Positions 1-9,924 of a stretch of 64,000 bases of DNA are shown here, one piece after another (within the stretch, counting starts at the first letter, position 1; each line of letters begins with the position of its first letter). Under the pieces are notes generated by a model. The model saw only the letters and a program-made list of their open reading frames with translations. It made no database searches and was not told the origin of the DNA. The DNA is from an uncultured Thermoleophilia bacterium (GTDB taxonomy: Bacteria; Actinomycetota; Thermoleophilia; UBA2241): contig CAVQSP010000008.1 of the NCBI GenBank assembly GCA_963715985.1, positions 1-64,000 on the forward strand, in the 5' to 3' direction. Both the position numbers and the translations under genes were made by a program.

Positions 1-28
1 GTCGCCGTCGTCCGTGCTCCGGCGCAGG

Positions 29-2567
29 TCAGTGGGGGGAGGAGTGCTCCAGGCGGAAGACGTGGTGGCGGTTGGCCGCGCGCGTGCAGTCGAAGGGGAG
101 GGTGGAGCGCGAGAGGTCCGTGACCGTGAGCCCGGTCAGCTCGCTGCGCTCGAGACGGAAGCCGCGGCGGTTGGTGGCGAAGAGCAGGACGCCGCCGGGG
201 GCCAGCAGCCGCCGCGCCGTCATGCGCAGCAAGTCGGTGTGGTCGCGCTGCACGTCGAACGTGGCGCGACCCATGCGCTTGGAGTTGGAGAAGGTCGGCG
301 GGTCCAGCCAGATGAGGTCGTACTGGCCGCCGGCCTCGGCCAGCCAGCGGAGGCAGTCGGCCTGGACGAGGCGGTGAGGGGAGGCGGCGGGTGAGGCGGG
401 GCGGCCGCCGCGGCCGCCGTGTTCGCCGCGCGTGGCCGTGGCGGGCGCTGCCGGGGGCGCCCTCGGCGCCGCCCGGCTCGAGCACGGAGGTGAACCCGTT
501 GGCCTGCAGGTTGCGCTGCGCCCACTCGAGGTAGGTGGACGAGAGGTCCACGGTGGTGGACGCCGGTGACCCGCCCGCGAGGGCATCCACCGTCATCGTC
601 CCCGTGTAGGCGAAGAGGTTGAGGAAGCGGCGGCCGCCGGCCAGCGCGCGCACCAGGCGGCGCGTGAGCCGCTGGTCCAGGAACAGACCCGTGTCGAGGT
701 AGTCGGTGAGATTCACCAGGTAGGTGAGGTCGTCCTCCTTGACCGGCAGGAACACGCCGCTGCGCGCGCGGCGCTCGTACTGCGCCGGGCCGCGCTGCCG
801 GCGACGCTGCTTGAGCACCACGCGGTCCGGCGGCATCTCGAGCACGGCGCCGACGACGGCGAGCGCGTCCTCGAGGCGCCGCGCCGCTTTGGCCGGGTCG
901 ATCTCGCTGGGCGGCGCGTACTCCTGCACGTGCACCCAGTCGCCGTACACGTCCACCACGAAGTTGTACTCCGGCAGGTCGGCGTCGTAGGCGCGGTAGC
1001 ACGTGATGCCCTCGCGCCGCAGCTGCTTGCCGAGGCGGCGCAGGTTCTTGTGCAGACGGTTGGCCAGCTGCTCGGCGCCGCCGCCCAGCATGCCGGCCGG
1101 GCGGCGCGGCGGCGCGGGCGGCGCGGACGGCGATACCGCGGGAGCGGAGTCCTCGTCCGGCTCCCACTCGTCCGCGTCCGTGTCTTCGCCGGTGTCCGGC
1201 AGCGGCTCCTTCGCGCCTCGGGACGACGAGCGCACGGCGGCGCGGGCGCTGCGGGCGGCCGCAGATGGGGACGGCGCCGGCCGCCCCCGTCCCGGTGCCA
1301 CCTCGCAGAACGCGAGCGTGCACTCCAGCGGGCCGTTGCGCAGCGTGGTCTCGCGGGCGATGGCCAGACCGGACGCGGCCGCCTGGTGAGGGCTGCCCGT
1401 GAGCAGCGCCGCGCGCCAGCCGGCGAACTCGCGCTGCAGCAGATCGCCGAGCTCCGCAGTGAGGGCCTCGGCATCGTCGCGGCGGCCGAGACGCTCCCCG
1501 TAGGGGAGATTGGCCGCCACCAGGCCGCTTGCCGCACACGGACGGGCGTCGCGCAGGTCGCCGCGGGTGACGGCGACGACGCCGGCGAGGCCCGCGTGGC
1601 GCACGCACATCTGGGCGACCTCCACCGCCCGCGGGTCGCGGTCGCTGCCGCGCACGGTCTGGCCGGGCGCCGCCGCCTTGAGGCGGCTCAGCCCGGCCTT
1701 GCGGCGTTCTCTCGCTTCCTTCAGGAGTGCGGCCCACGCGGCGGCGTCGTGGCCGCGCCAGCGCACGAAACCGAAGGCCGGAAGCTCCGCGCCGCCGGCC
1801 TCGCGGCCAGTCCTGGTGCGGGCCTCGCGCCCCCCGTCGGCCTCCCGAGCGCCCTTGGCGTCAGGCCGAGGCTCGAAGCCGGCGCGCACCAGCCCGGGCG
1901 CCACGTCGGCCGCCATCATGGCCGCCTCGATGGGCAGCGTGCCCGACCCGCAGAGCGGGTCCAGGAAGCTGCCTCCGGCGGCGGCCTCCTGCGGCCACGC
2001 CGCGTAGAGCAGTATCGCGGCGGCGAGGTTCTCCTTGAGCGGCGCCTCGACCTGCACCCTGTCGGTGCGGTAGCCGCGCCGGTGCAGGCTCTCGCCGCTG
2101 AGGTCCAGCGACACGGTGACGCGGCCACGCATCAGGTGCCCGTTGATGCGCAGGTCCGGGTTGCGTGCATCCACGGACGGCCGCCGGTCGCCGTGGCGCT
2201 CGCGGAACTGGTCCGCCACGGCGTCCTTCATGCGCACCGCTCCGTAGCGCGTGTCGCGGATGGTGTCGCTGACCCCGGTGAAATCGACGGCCAGCGTGCC
2301 GCCCGCGTCCATGTGGGTGTCCCAGAACACGCGCCGCGTGGTGGCGTAGAGCTGGTCGCCGTCGCCCGCCGGTCCGGTGGTGAGGGGCAGCAGCACGCGG
2401 CCGGCCAGACGCGACCAGAGGCAGACGCGATAGGCGTCTTCCAGGGCCCCCTCGAACGAGACGCCGGCGCGCGCCTGCTTGATGCGCTGCACGCCGAGAC
2501 CGCGCAGCTCGCCCGCGAGGAGGGATTCCATGCCGTGTGGAACGGTGACGAAGAAGGAGTGCTTCAC
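29..2567 (-). CDS. rlmKL: Bifunctional 23S rRNA methyltransferase RlmKL (one apparent frameshift near 400-480)
   Basis: Minus-strand translation from GTG at 2567 gives MKHSFFVTVPHGMESLLAGELRGLG..., with THUMP region, DPLCGSGT, NPPYGERL, DYLDTGLF and FLNLFAYTG. The C-terminus DLIWLDPPTFSNSKRM...DVQRDH is in the 29..586 frame. Confidence 0.9.
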
Positions 2568-2748
2568 CCGGCAAGGCTACCACGCGGTCATCGGCGGGCC
2601 GCGCCGCGCCGGTGGGCGCGATCGCTTCCGCGCGCCGCGCCGGGCGGCAGGCATTCAAGGGCGCTCCCAGAACTGACGACACAGAAGACGATGCCAGCGT
2701 GTGACGCCGGGCCTCTGCGAGAGGACCGGCGCGACGAGAGGTCCTCGC

Positions 2749-4133
2749 ATGTACCGCCTGCTGCTCATCACCGTCGCCGCCGTCGTGTTCGCCCTGCCGG
2801 GCGCGTACAGCGTGGCCACGAGCGCGGCGGCGGCTCAGCGCTCTCCCGCAGAGGCCCCGCAGGCGGTGCCCGGCGTGGACGCGCGCTCCACCGTGTGGCC
2901 GGCCGTCGCGCCGTCGCCTTCACCCTCGCCGCAGGGGCAGCCTCCGGTGACCACCGTCAGCGGCGCCGACGACCGCTGGCACCGCACGACCGTCACCTGC
3001 ATCTCACGGTGACCGACTCCGGCTCAGGCGTCGCCTACACCACCTACCGCGTCGGCAACGGCCCTTGGGAGAAGGGCACGACCATCGAGGTCGAGGCGCC
3101 GAGGGATCACTCCAACGACGGCGCCCAGCCGGTCTCCTTCTACTCCGTGGGCACGGACGGGAGCGTGGAGCCCGAGCAGCAGGTGGTGGTGCGCATCGAC
3201 ACCGCGCCTCCGGCCTTCAAGTGGAGCGGCGTCTCCCCGTCGATCACCGAGAGCGTCACGCCGGTGCAGTTCAGCTTCGTCGTCAAGGACGTGTGCGGTG
3301 AGGTGGACATAGCCTGGCGTGCCAGCGACGAGTACGGCACCTTCGCGGCCGGCAGGAAGGGCCTGCAGCGTGAGGTCGGCTCACGGTCCGTCGAGGTCGT
3401 GCCCCGGTACAAGAGCGGCGAAGCGTTCATGCCCGGCCTCTACAACGTCGAGTTCATACTCACGGACCTGGCCGGGAACACGACCACCACCAGTGCCCGC
3501 GCCTTCCGCAACTACCGCGCGGCGCCGGCCAAGGTGTGGCGCCACGTGAGCGGCGCCGGCAAGCGCGTGGCGCTCACCTTCGACGACGGCGGTGCCGGTC
3601 CGTGGGCGTCCATCCTCACCACGCTGAAGAAGTACAACGCGCACGCCACGTTCTTCCCGCTGGGCCCCTACGTCGCGGCGAGCCCGTCACTGGCGCGCCG
3701 GACCCTGGCCGAGGGGAACGCCATGGGCTCGCACGGCTGGACGCACGCGGACATGACGCGCCAGAGCTACGCGCAGGTCCGCAGCGAGCTCATCCGCAGC
3801 GAGGCGCCGTGGTGGAACGCGGCTGGATGCACGCCGGTGCCCTACTGTCGCCCGCCGTACGGCGCCTACAACGGCGCCACCGTGTCGGCCGCCGGGTCGG
3901 CCGGCTTCACGCGCGTGATCCTCTGGGACGTGGACCCCACCGACTGGTCCGAGCCCGGCTCCGGTGTGATCGCCCAGCGCGTGCTCTCGCACGTCCACTC
4001 CGGCGCCATCGTCGTGATGCACCTGCGCGGGCAGACGGCCGCCGCGCTGCCGGCCATCCTGAGCGGCTTGAAGGCGCGCGGCTACAAGGCCGTCTCGCTG
4101 CCCGAGCTGTTCCGCGCGGCCGGGTATCGCTGA
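2749..4133 (+). CDS. Secreted polysaccharide deacetylase (NodB/CE4) with N-terminal Ig-like region; frameshift near 3000
   Basis: Signal-peptide-like MYRLLLITVAAVVFALP. C-terminal CE4 motifs VALTFDDG, GSHGWTH, RPPYG, WDVDPTDW and GAIVVMH. Confidence 0.85.
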
Positions 4134-4154
4134 CGCCGCTGCCGGCGCCGGGAC

Positions 4155-6157
4155 TCAGGCCGGCCACTCGAGGCTGTCGCCGGCTTCCCCGCCTGCCCTC
4201 CCCGCCGCCCTCCTCGCCGGCGATGACCGCGAGAAACGCCTCGCCGTAGCGCTCCAGCTTCGTCTTCCCCACGCCGCTGACCTCGAGCAGCTCCTCCCTG
4301 GTGCGCGGCTTGCGCGCCGCCATCTCGGCCAGCGCCGCGTCGCTGAACACAACGTAGGCCGGCACGCGCTGGGCGTCGGCGAGGCGTTTGCGCAGCGCCC
4401 GTAGCCGGTCGAACAGCTCCTCGTCGACCGGGAGCCCCGCCAGGCTCTCCGCGCGTGCGGTGCGGCCGGCCGCGCGCCGTTGCTTTGCCGTAGGCACGCG
4501 CGTGCGCGGCTTCGCGAGGACGAGCGTCTCGTCGCCGCGCAGGAGAGGTCGCGACGCGTCCGTGAGCCGCAGGGCCGAGAAGCGCGCGATGTCCTGCGCC
4601 AGGTAGCCGCGGTGGATGAGCTGGCGGATGAGGCTCTGCCAGTAGTCGCGGCTGAGCTCGGCGCCGATGCCGTAGGTGCTGAGACGCTCGTGGCCGCGCG
4701 CGATGATCTTCTCGTTCTCCGAGCCGCGCAGCACGTCGATGACGTAGCCGACGCCGTAGCCGAACCCGTCTCGCTCCCACAGCCGGTAGACACAGCTCAG
4801 TGCCATCCTTGCCTGTTCTGTGGCGTCGAACGTCTCCGGCGGCTCCAGGCAGATGTCGCAGTTGCCGCACGGCGCGGGGTACGGCTCGCCGAAGTAGCCG
4901 AGCAGTGCCTCGCGGCGGCAGCTGAGTCCGTCGGCGTAGCCGACCATGGCGTTGAGCTTGTGGATCTCGATGCGCACGCGCTCGGGGTCGCGCTCGTGCT
5001 CCTCCTCGCCGTTCCAGCCCGAGCGTCCGGGGCTCTCGATGAGACTGCGGACCACGGCGGCGTCGCCGAGGCCGAAGAGCAGCAGGGCGTCGGCCGGCAG
5101 CCCGTCTCGGCCGCTGCGCCCGGTCTCCTGGTAGTAGCTCTCCACCGTCTTGGGCAGGTCGTAGTGCACCACGAAGCGCACGTTGCTCTTGTCGATGCCC
5201 ATGCCGAAGGCGACGGTGGCGACGACCACCAGCACGTCGTCCGCGGCGAAGGCGTCCTGTACGCGCCGCCGCTCCTCCGCCGGCAGGCCGGCGTGGTAGG
5301 CGGCGGCGCTCACGCCGTGCGCGCGGAGCTTCTCGGCGACCTCCTCGGTGCGCTTGCGCGAGAGGCAGTAGACGATGCCGGCCTCGCCGGCGTGCGCGGT
5401 GAGGAACTGCTGCAGCTGGTGGAGCGGCTCGCGCTTCTCGACCACCGTGTAGCGGATGTTGGGGCGGTCGAAGCCGGTGACGTACACGGCGGCGGAGGAG
5501 AGGCCGAGCCGCGCGCGGACGTCGTCGCGCGTCTCGGGGTCGGCCGTCGCCGTGCAGGCGATGATGGGTACGCCCGGGAACAGCCCGCGCAGCTGCCCGA
5601 GCTGCACGTACTCGGGGCGGAAGTCGTGGCCCCACTGGCTGACGCAGTGCGCCTCGTCGATGGCGAAGAGGGCGATGCCGGGGTCTGCGTCGCGGTCGCC
5701 CCGGTCGTCGCCCGCCCGCTCGGCGCCCAAGCCTTGAAGGCGTTCGAGGAAGGCCTCCGTCATCAGCGTCTCCGGCGCCACGTACAGCAGGTCCAGCTCG
5801 CCGCCGTGCAGGGCGCGCAGCACGCTGCGCGCCTCGCCCGCCTCCAGAGACGAGTTGTACGCGGCGGCGCTCACGCCGGCCGCGCGCAGCGCGTCCACCT
5901 GGTCCTTCATCAGCGAGATGAGCGGCGAGACGACGAGGCCGGTGCCGGGACGCACGAGCGCCGGCAGCTGGTAGCAGAGCGACTTGCCGCCGCCGGTGGG
6001 CATGAGCACGAAGGCGTCGCCGCCGGCGACCAGGTGGTCGACGATCTCCTCCTGGTCCGGCCGGTACTCGGCGAAGCCGAAGACGTCCCGCAGGAGCTCG
6101 CGGGCGCGGGACGGCGCAGGGGCCGCCGGGCCGGATACGCGGGAGGGCGGAAGCCAT
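4155..6157 (-). CDS. recQ: DNA helicase RecQ (both termini affected by apparent frameshifts)
   Basis: MPTGGGKSLCYQLP, IDEAHCVSQWGHDFRPEY, ATVAFGMGIDK, YYQETGRSGRDG, RQC Zn motif CGNCDIC and HRDC (VPAYVVFSDAAL...KLERYG). Stop at 4155 is inferred. Confidence 0.93.
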
Positions 6158-6253
6158 CGCCCGACTCTAGCAGGGTTGACGGACGGGACGAGTGGGGCGG
6201 ACGGGACGAGCGCGGCGGCGCCTGCGCCGGCCGCGTCGCGCAGCCCGCCGGCA

Positions 6254-8104
6254 TCAGCCCTGTTCCTCCACGCGCCGGTGGGCGCGACGCACGAGCACGA
6301 CGATGAAGACGATCACCACGACAGCCGCCACGCCCAGGATCACCGGCACGACGGCCGAGGCAGACTTCGTCTCGGCCGTCGTGCCGGCCTTGGGGTGCAC
6401 GTACAGGTAGCTGTCGACGTTGTCCACGGAGTAGATCGCCGACCCCGTCCCGGCCGGCGACTGCACCCAGCCCTCCCAGCGCGAGACGTTCACCGCCTCG
6501 AGGCCCTTGGGATAGGCGAGGATCACGTAAGGGCTTTGCTCGTAGACGATCTGCTGCATCCGGTCCACGAGCGTCTTGCGCTGCGCCGGGTCGATGGTCT
6601 GCGCCTGCTGCGTGTACAGGCGGTCGTACTCCGGCGTCCACCAGGCGCAGTCGCTCCAGTCGCCGATCTGGGCCTTGGTGAACAGCGACAGCATGAAGTC
6701 CGGGTCCACGTCTCCGGTCCAGTTGTAGACGAAGAGGTCCATGTCCGGCGTGAACACGCCGTCCTTCTCGTTGTAGAGGTACTCGTTCATGGCGCCCTCG
6801 GTCATGTACGAGAACTTCACGTCGATGCCGACGGCCTCCAGCCACCCGACCAGCAGCTTGCCGATCTTCTGGCCCTGCGGCGGCGCCTCGCAGGCGAACA
6901 GGCGCAGGGTGATGGGCTTGCCGCCCTTGTCCCGCAGCTTGCCGTCCACGGTCTGGTAGCCGGCGGCGGCCATGGCGGCCGTCGCCTTGGCCGGGTCGTA
7001 GGTGTAGGCCACGTCCGCGGGCGGGGTCCAGTGCCAGTCGGGGTCGCTGTAGAAGCCCTGGACCATGATCGTGGAGCCCGCGGTGGCATACCCGCTGTAG
7101 GCGATGGAGACGAGCTGCTGCTGGTCCACCGCATACTGCAGCGCCTGGCGGAACCTCCAGTCCTTCAGCACCGGGTTGCCGAGGCTCGGCCCCGTGTAGC
7201 AGTTGACGCCGAGCTCGTCGAAGCCCTTGACCACATAGTCGATGGCCTTGAACGACGGGTCCTGGCCGAGTGGCTTGAACTGCGCCTCCGGCAACCCCCA
7301 GGCGGCGTCGATGCCGCCCGTCTTGAGGTCCTGGATCATGGTGTCCGGGTTGGTGTAGTACTGGAAGATGAGCTCGTCGATCTTGGGGGCGCCGCGCCAG
7401 TAGCCTTTGTTGGCCTGCAGGCGCACGAAGTCGCCCTTCTTGAACTCCACCACCTGGAAGGGCCCGGTGCCGATGATGGGCGGCGCATTGCGGTAGGACG
7501 TCTCCGCCGCCTTGGGACTCACCTTGCTCCAGATGTGCTCCGGCACGATCGGCACCACCATGCCGAGGATGTTGGCCTTGGGCTCGGTGCAGGTGATGCG
7601 CACGGTGAGCGGGTCGACGGCCTCCACCGTCTCGATGCCGGTGGTGTAGCTCGTGAAGGCGGAGAGCTCGTTCTGCATGATGTAGTCGTAGGTGAACGCC
7701 ACGTCGGCGGCGGTGAAGTCCTCGCCGTCCTGCCACTTGACACCGCTACGGAGTGTGAATGTCCACACCCTGCCGGAGGCGTCGTGGGACCAGCTCTCGG
7801 CGAGGTCAGGGTCGGGGGTCACGTCGCTCGCCTTGTAGCCCGTCAGCTGGTCGTAGTTGAGGTGGTAGATGAGGTACGACGACGTGGAGTACCCGATGAA
7901 CGGGTTGAGGTTGTCGGGCTCGTTCACCCAGCCCACGCGCAGCGTGACCTTGCCGGCAGACGGGGAGGCCGAGGGGGAGGCGAGCGCCGTGGTGAGGCCG
8001 GCCGCGAGTCCGGCAGCGAGCAGGCAGCAGACGGCCAGGGCCGCGAGCGCCGCCGGGCGCCGCCGGCGCGCCTTACCGAACGTCTCTGGGTGCGAGTGCG
8101 GCAT
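6254..8104 (-). CDS. Family 5 (oligopeptide/nickel) ABC substrate-binding protein with C-terminal membrane anchor
   Basis: PDLAESWSH...WTFTLRSGVKWQDGEDFTAADVAFT and IIGTGPF. N-terminal signal peptide and a C-terminal hydrophobic helix followed by RR. Confidence 0.88.
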   Translation of the reverse strand: MPHSHPETFGKARRRRPAALAALAVCCLLAAGLAAGLTTALASPSASPSAGKVTLRVGWVNEPDNLNPFIGYSTSSYLIYHLNYDQLTGYKASDVTPDPDLAESWSHDASGRVWTFTLRSGVKWQDGEDFTAADVAFTYDYIMQNELSAFTSYTTGIETVEAVDPLTVRITCTEPKANILGMVVPIVPEHIWSKVSPKAAETSYRNAPPIIGTGPFQVVEFKKGDFVRLQANKGYWRGAPKIDELIFQYYTNPDTMIQDLKTGGIDAAWGLPEAQFKPLGQDPSFKAIDYVVKGFDELGVNCYTGPSLGNPVLKDWRFRQALQYAVDQQQLVSIAYSGYATAGSTIMVQGFYSDPDWHWTPPADVAYTYDPAKATAAMAAAGYQTVDGKLRDKGGKPITLRLFACEAPPQGQKIGKLLVGWLEAVGIDVKFSYMTEGAMNEYLYNEKDGVFTPDMDLFVYNWTGDVDPDFMLSLFTKAQIGDWSDCAWWTPEYDRLYTQQAQTIDPAQRKTLVDRMQQIVYEQSPYVILAYPKGLEAVNVSRWEGWVQSPAGTGSAIYSVDNVDSYLYVHPKAGTTAETKSASAVVPVILGVAAVVVIVFIVVLVRRAHRRVEEQG

Positions 8105-8251
8105 GGCCGTCCTCCCTGGTGCGGACGCCTTGCGTGGACGGCATCACGCTACCAGCCGTTGCGGGACCTGACCAGAGACCGCGACGGCGACGTAGAATCT
8201 TCGGCAGAGTCAGTCGAACACCGGCGTTGAACGCCGTGGGGGAGGCCGTCC

Positions 8252-8695
8252 ATGAAGTACGCCACAGCGAGCCTGGGCCGCAGCCTGGTGATCCGTCTCG
8301 AGGACGGCGACGTTGTGCACGAGTGCATCGAGGAGGCGGCGCGCGCCGAGGGCATCCAGCGCGCCGCCGTCATCCTGCTCGGCGGCGCGGCCGGCGGCAG
8401 CCGCCTGGTCGTCGGGCCTGAGGACGGCGCGGCGCAGCCGGTCGTGCCGATGCAGCGTGCGCTGCACGACGTGCACGAGATGGTCGGAGCCGGCACGCTG
8501 TTCCCGGACGAGACGGGCCGGCCGGTGCTGCACCTGCACGCGGCCTTCGGCCGCGACGCCGACGTCACGGCCGGCTGCATCCGCGCCGGCGTGGTCACCT
8601 GGGTGGTCGCCGAGGCCGTGGTGCTTGAGCTGACCGGCAGCGAGGCCACCCGTCGCCTGGACCCGTCCACGGGGTTCGAGCTGCTCGACGTCTGA
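8252..8695 (+). CDS. PPC/DUF296 domain protein
   Basis: VIRLEDGD, HEMVGAGTLF and PVLHLHAAFGR motifs; GGAGG RBS upstream. Confidence 0.8.
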   Translation: MKYATASLGRSLVIRLEDGDVVHECIEEAARAEGIQRAAVILLGGAAGGSRLVVGPEDGAAQPVVPMQRALHDVHEMVGAGTLFPDETGRPVLHLHAAFGRDADVTAGCIRAGVVTWVVAEAVVLELTGSEATRRLDPSTGFELLDV

Positions 8696-8740
8696 GGCGG
8701 GGCACCCGCACCGCCCGCCGCCCGCGGCGGGCGCGAAGAC

Positions 8741-8775
8741 GGCGAAGGCGGGGCTCAGTGAGCCCCGCCTTCGCC
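8741..8775. terminator. Perfect 16-bp stem hairpin, probable intrinsic terminator
   Basis: GGCGAAGGCGGGGCTC-AGT-GAGCCCCGCCTTCGCC. Confidence 0.7.
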
Positions 8776-8885
8776 TCAATCCCCCCCGGAGTCGGTGTCC
8801 GGCGCCGCCATCCGCCCCTGAGTGCGGATCCTCGGGTCCGTCGCCGCGTCCGGGGAACCTCGGAGGCTCATGCGTCCTCCGATTC
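8776..8885 (-). ncRNA. Candidate structured small RNA (alternatively a 31-aa sORF, 8871..8776)
   Basis: Minus-strand TTGCCT-16-TAGAAT promoter upstream, internal stems, 8 GGA motifs and a terminator hairpin directly downstream. No family recognised. Confidence 0.4.
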
Positions 8886-9093
8886 GCGGCATTCTACACG
8901 TTCCGATGACAAAGGCAATCGGAACAAGGTGTCAATCACGCCGGGTGTGCGAAGGGTCGACGGTCCGGCTTGTGGCTGCCGTAGCGCCGCCGCCCGCCGC
9001 GGCCCCGGCATCGTCTTCGCGACCACTCTTGCTCCCGTGCGGTGTCAGGAACATACTGACTAGTAAGGAATGCAGGACATGGGGGGTTCGTGT

Positions 9094-9342
9094 ATGCAAT
9101 CAAGGACTCGAGTCACCAGTAAGGGACAAGTGACCCTCCCTGTCGCGCTCCGCCGCCGGCTCGCAATCGAGGCCGGCGACGACCTCGTGTTCGACGAGAC
9201 TCCCGACGGAGTGGCGTTGAGGGTCGTGCATCGACGCAAGCTCGGCGACTTTCTCGGTGCGGTGCCCGTCGAGGGCACGGCGACGGACCACGCCGCAGAG
9301 CGCGCCGCCGCAGCCGAGAAGCTCTCGGAGCGCCACACGTGA
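9094..9342 (+). CDS. AbrB/MazE/SpoVT-type antitoxin (VapB)
   Basis: RVTSKGQVTLPVALRRRLAIEAGDDLVF; overlaps the PIN gene start. Confidence 0.88.
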   Translation: MQSRTRVTSKGQVTLPVALRRRLAIEAGDDLVFDETPDGVALRVVHRRKLGDFLGAVPVEGTATDHAAERAAAAEKLSERHT

Positions 9343-9764
9343 CTGAATCGGGGACTCCTCCCCACGTGTGGGTCGACGCGAACGTGATCCTGCGTCTCCT
9401 CACCGGTCGGCCCGAGCCGCAAGCGAGAGCATCGGCGGCCCTCATGGCTCGGGCTGACGCGGGCGAGCTGCGGCTGCGCATCTGCCCGCTCGTCGTCGCC
9501 GAGGTAGTCTGGGTCCTCACATTCGCCTATGGGGTGCCTTGCACCGAGGTCGCCGACGTGCTCCTCAGCTTTCTGGGATCTGGCGGACTCATCGTCGAGG
9601 AGGGCACCCTGCTGGCGGCTGCCCTCGCGCAGATGGCCGAGCAGCGCGTCGACTTCGTGGACGCGTATCTCGCCGCCAAGGCGCGGCATTCCCGTTCCCC
9701 GGTGGCGACCTTTGACGGTGACTTCGACAGGCTGGGAGTCGAGCGCCTCTCTTTGGAGGTGTGA
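9339..9764 (+). CDS. PIN-domain toxin (VapC family)
   Basis: VDANVILR, VVAEVVWVL, DFVDAYL and ATFDGDF supply the PIN acidic tetrad. Confidence 0.9.
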   Translation: MTESGTPPHVWVDANVILRLLTGRPEPQARASAALMARADAGELRLRICPLVVAEVVWVLTFAYGVPCTEVADVLLSFLGSGGLIVEEGTLLAAALAQMAEQRVDFVDAYLAAKARHSRSPVATFDGDFDRLGVERLSLEV

Positions 9765-9773
9765 TGCCATGAA

Positions 9774-9812
9774 GAAGGGCGGGGGCGAGGAATCTCCTCG
9801 CCCCCGCCCTTC
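9774..9812. terminator. 18-bp stem hairpin between convergent vapC and cooS
   Basis: GAAGGGCGGGGGCGAGGA-ATC-TCCTCGCCCCCGCCCTTC; TTC follows on the minus strand. Confidence 0.75.
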
Positions 9813-9924
9813 ATGTACGGGTGACTCGCCTGTGCGCTCGGTCAGATCCCCAGGGCCGCCCGCTTCTGGCCGATGGAGCGGTGCTCCTTCGGTGCCCCAC
9901 TCAATAGGCCCGAGCGCTCAGCCT

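Noticed and set aside
930-2748. N-terminal two-thirds of the 1067-aa plus-strand ORF
   Set aside because: Antisense shadow of rlmKL; only the part after about 3000 is the real deacetylase.
8776-8885. tRNA, tRNA-Sec, SRP or tmRNA
   Set aside because: No T-loop GTTCRA, CCA end or SRP GNRA/AGCAG core is recognisable.
9094-9764. vapBC as the marker of a mobile element
   Set aside because: No integrase, transposase, att sites or terminal repeats seen nearby.
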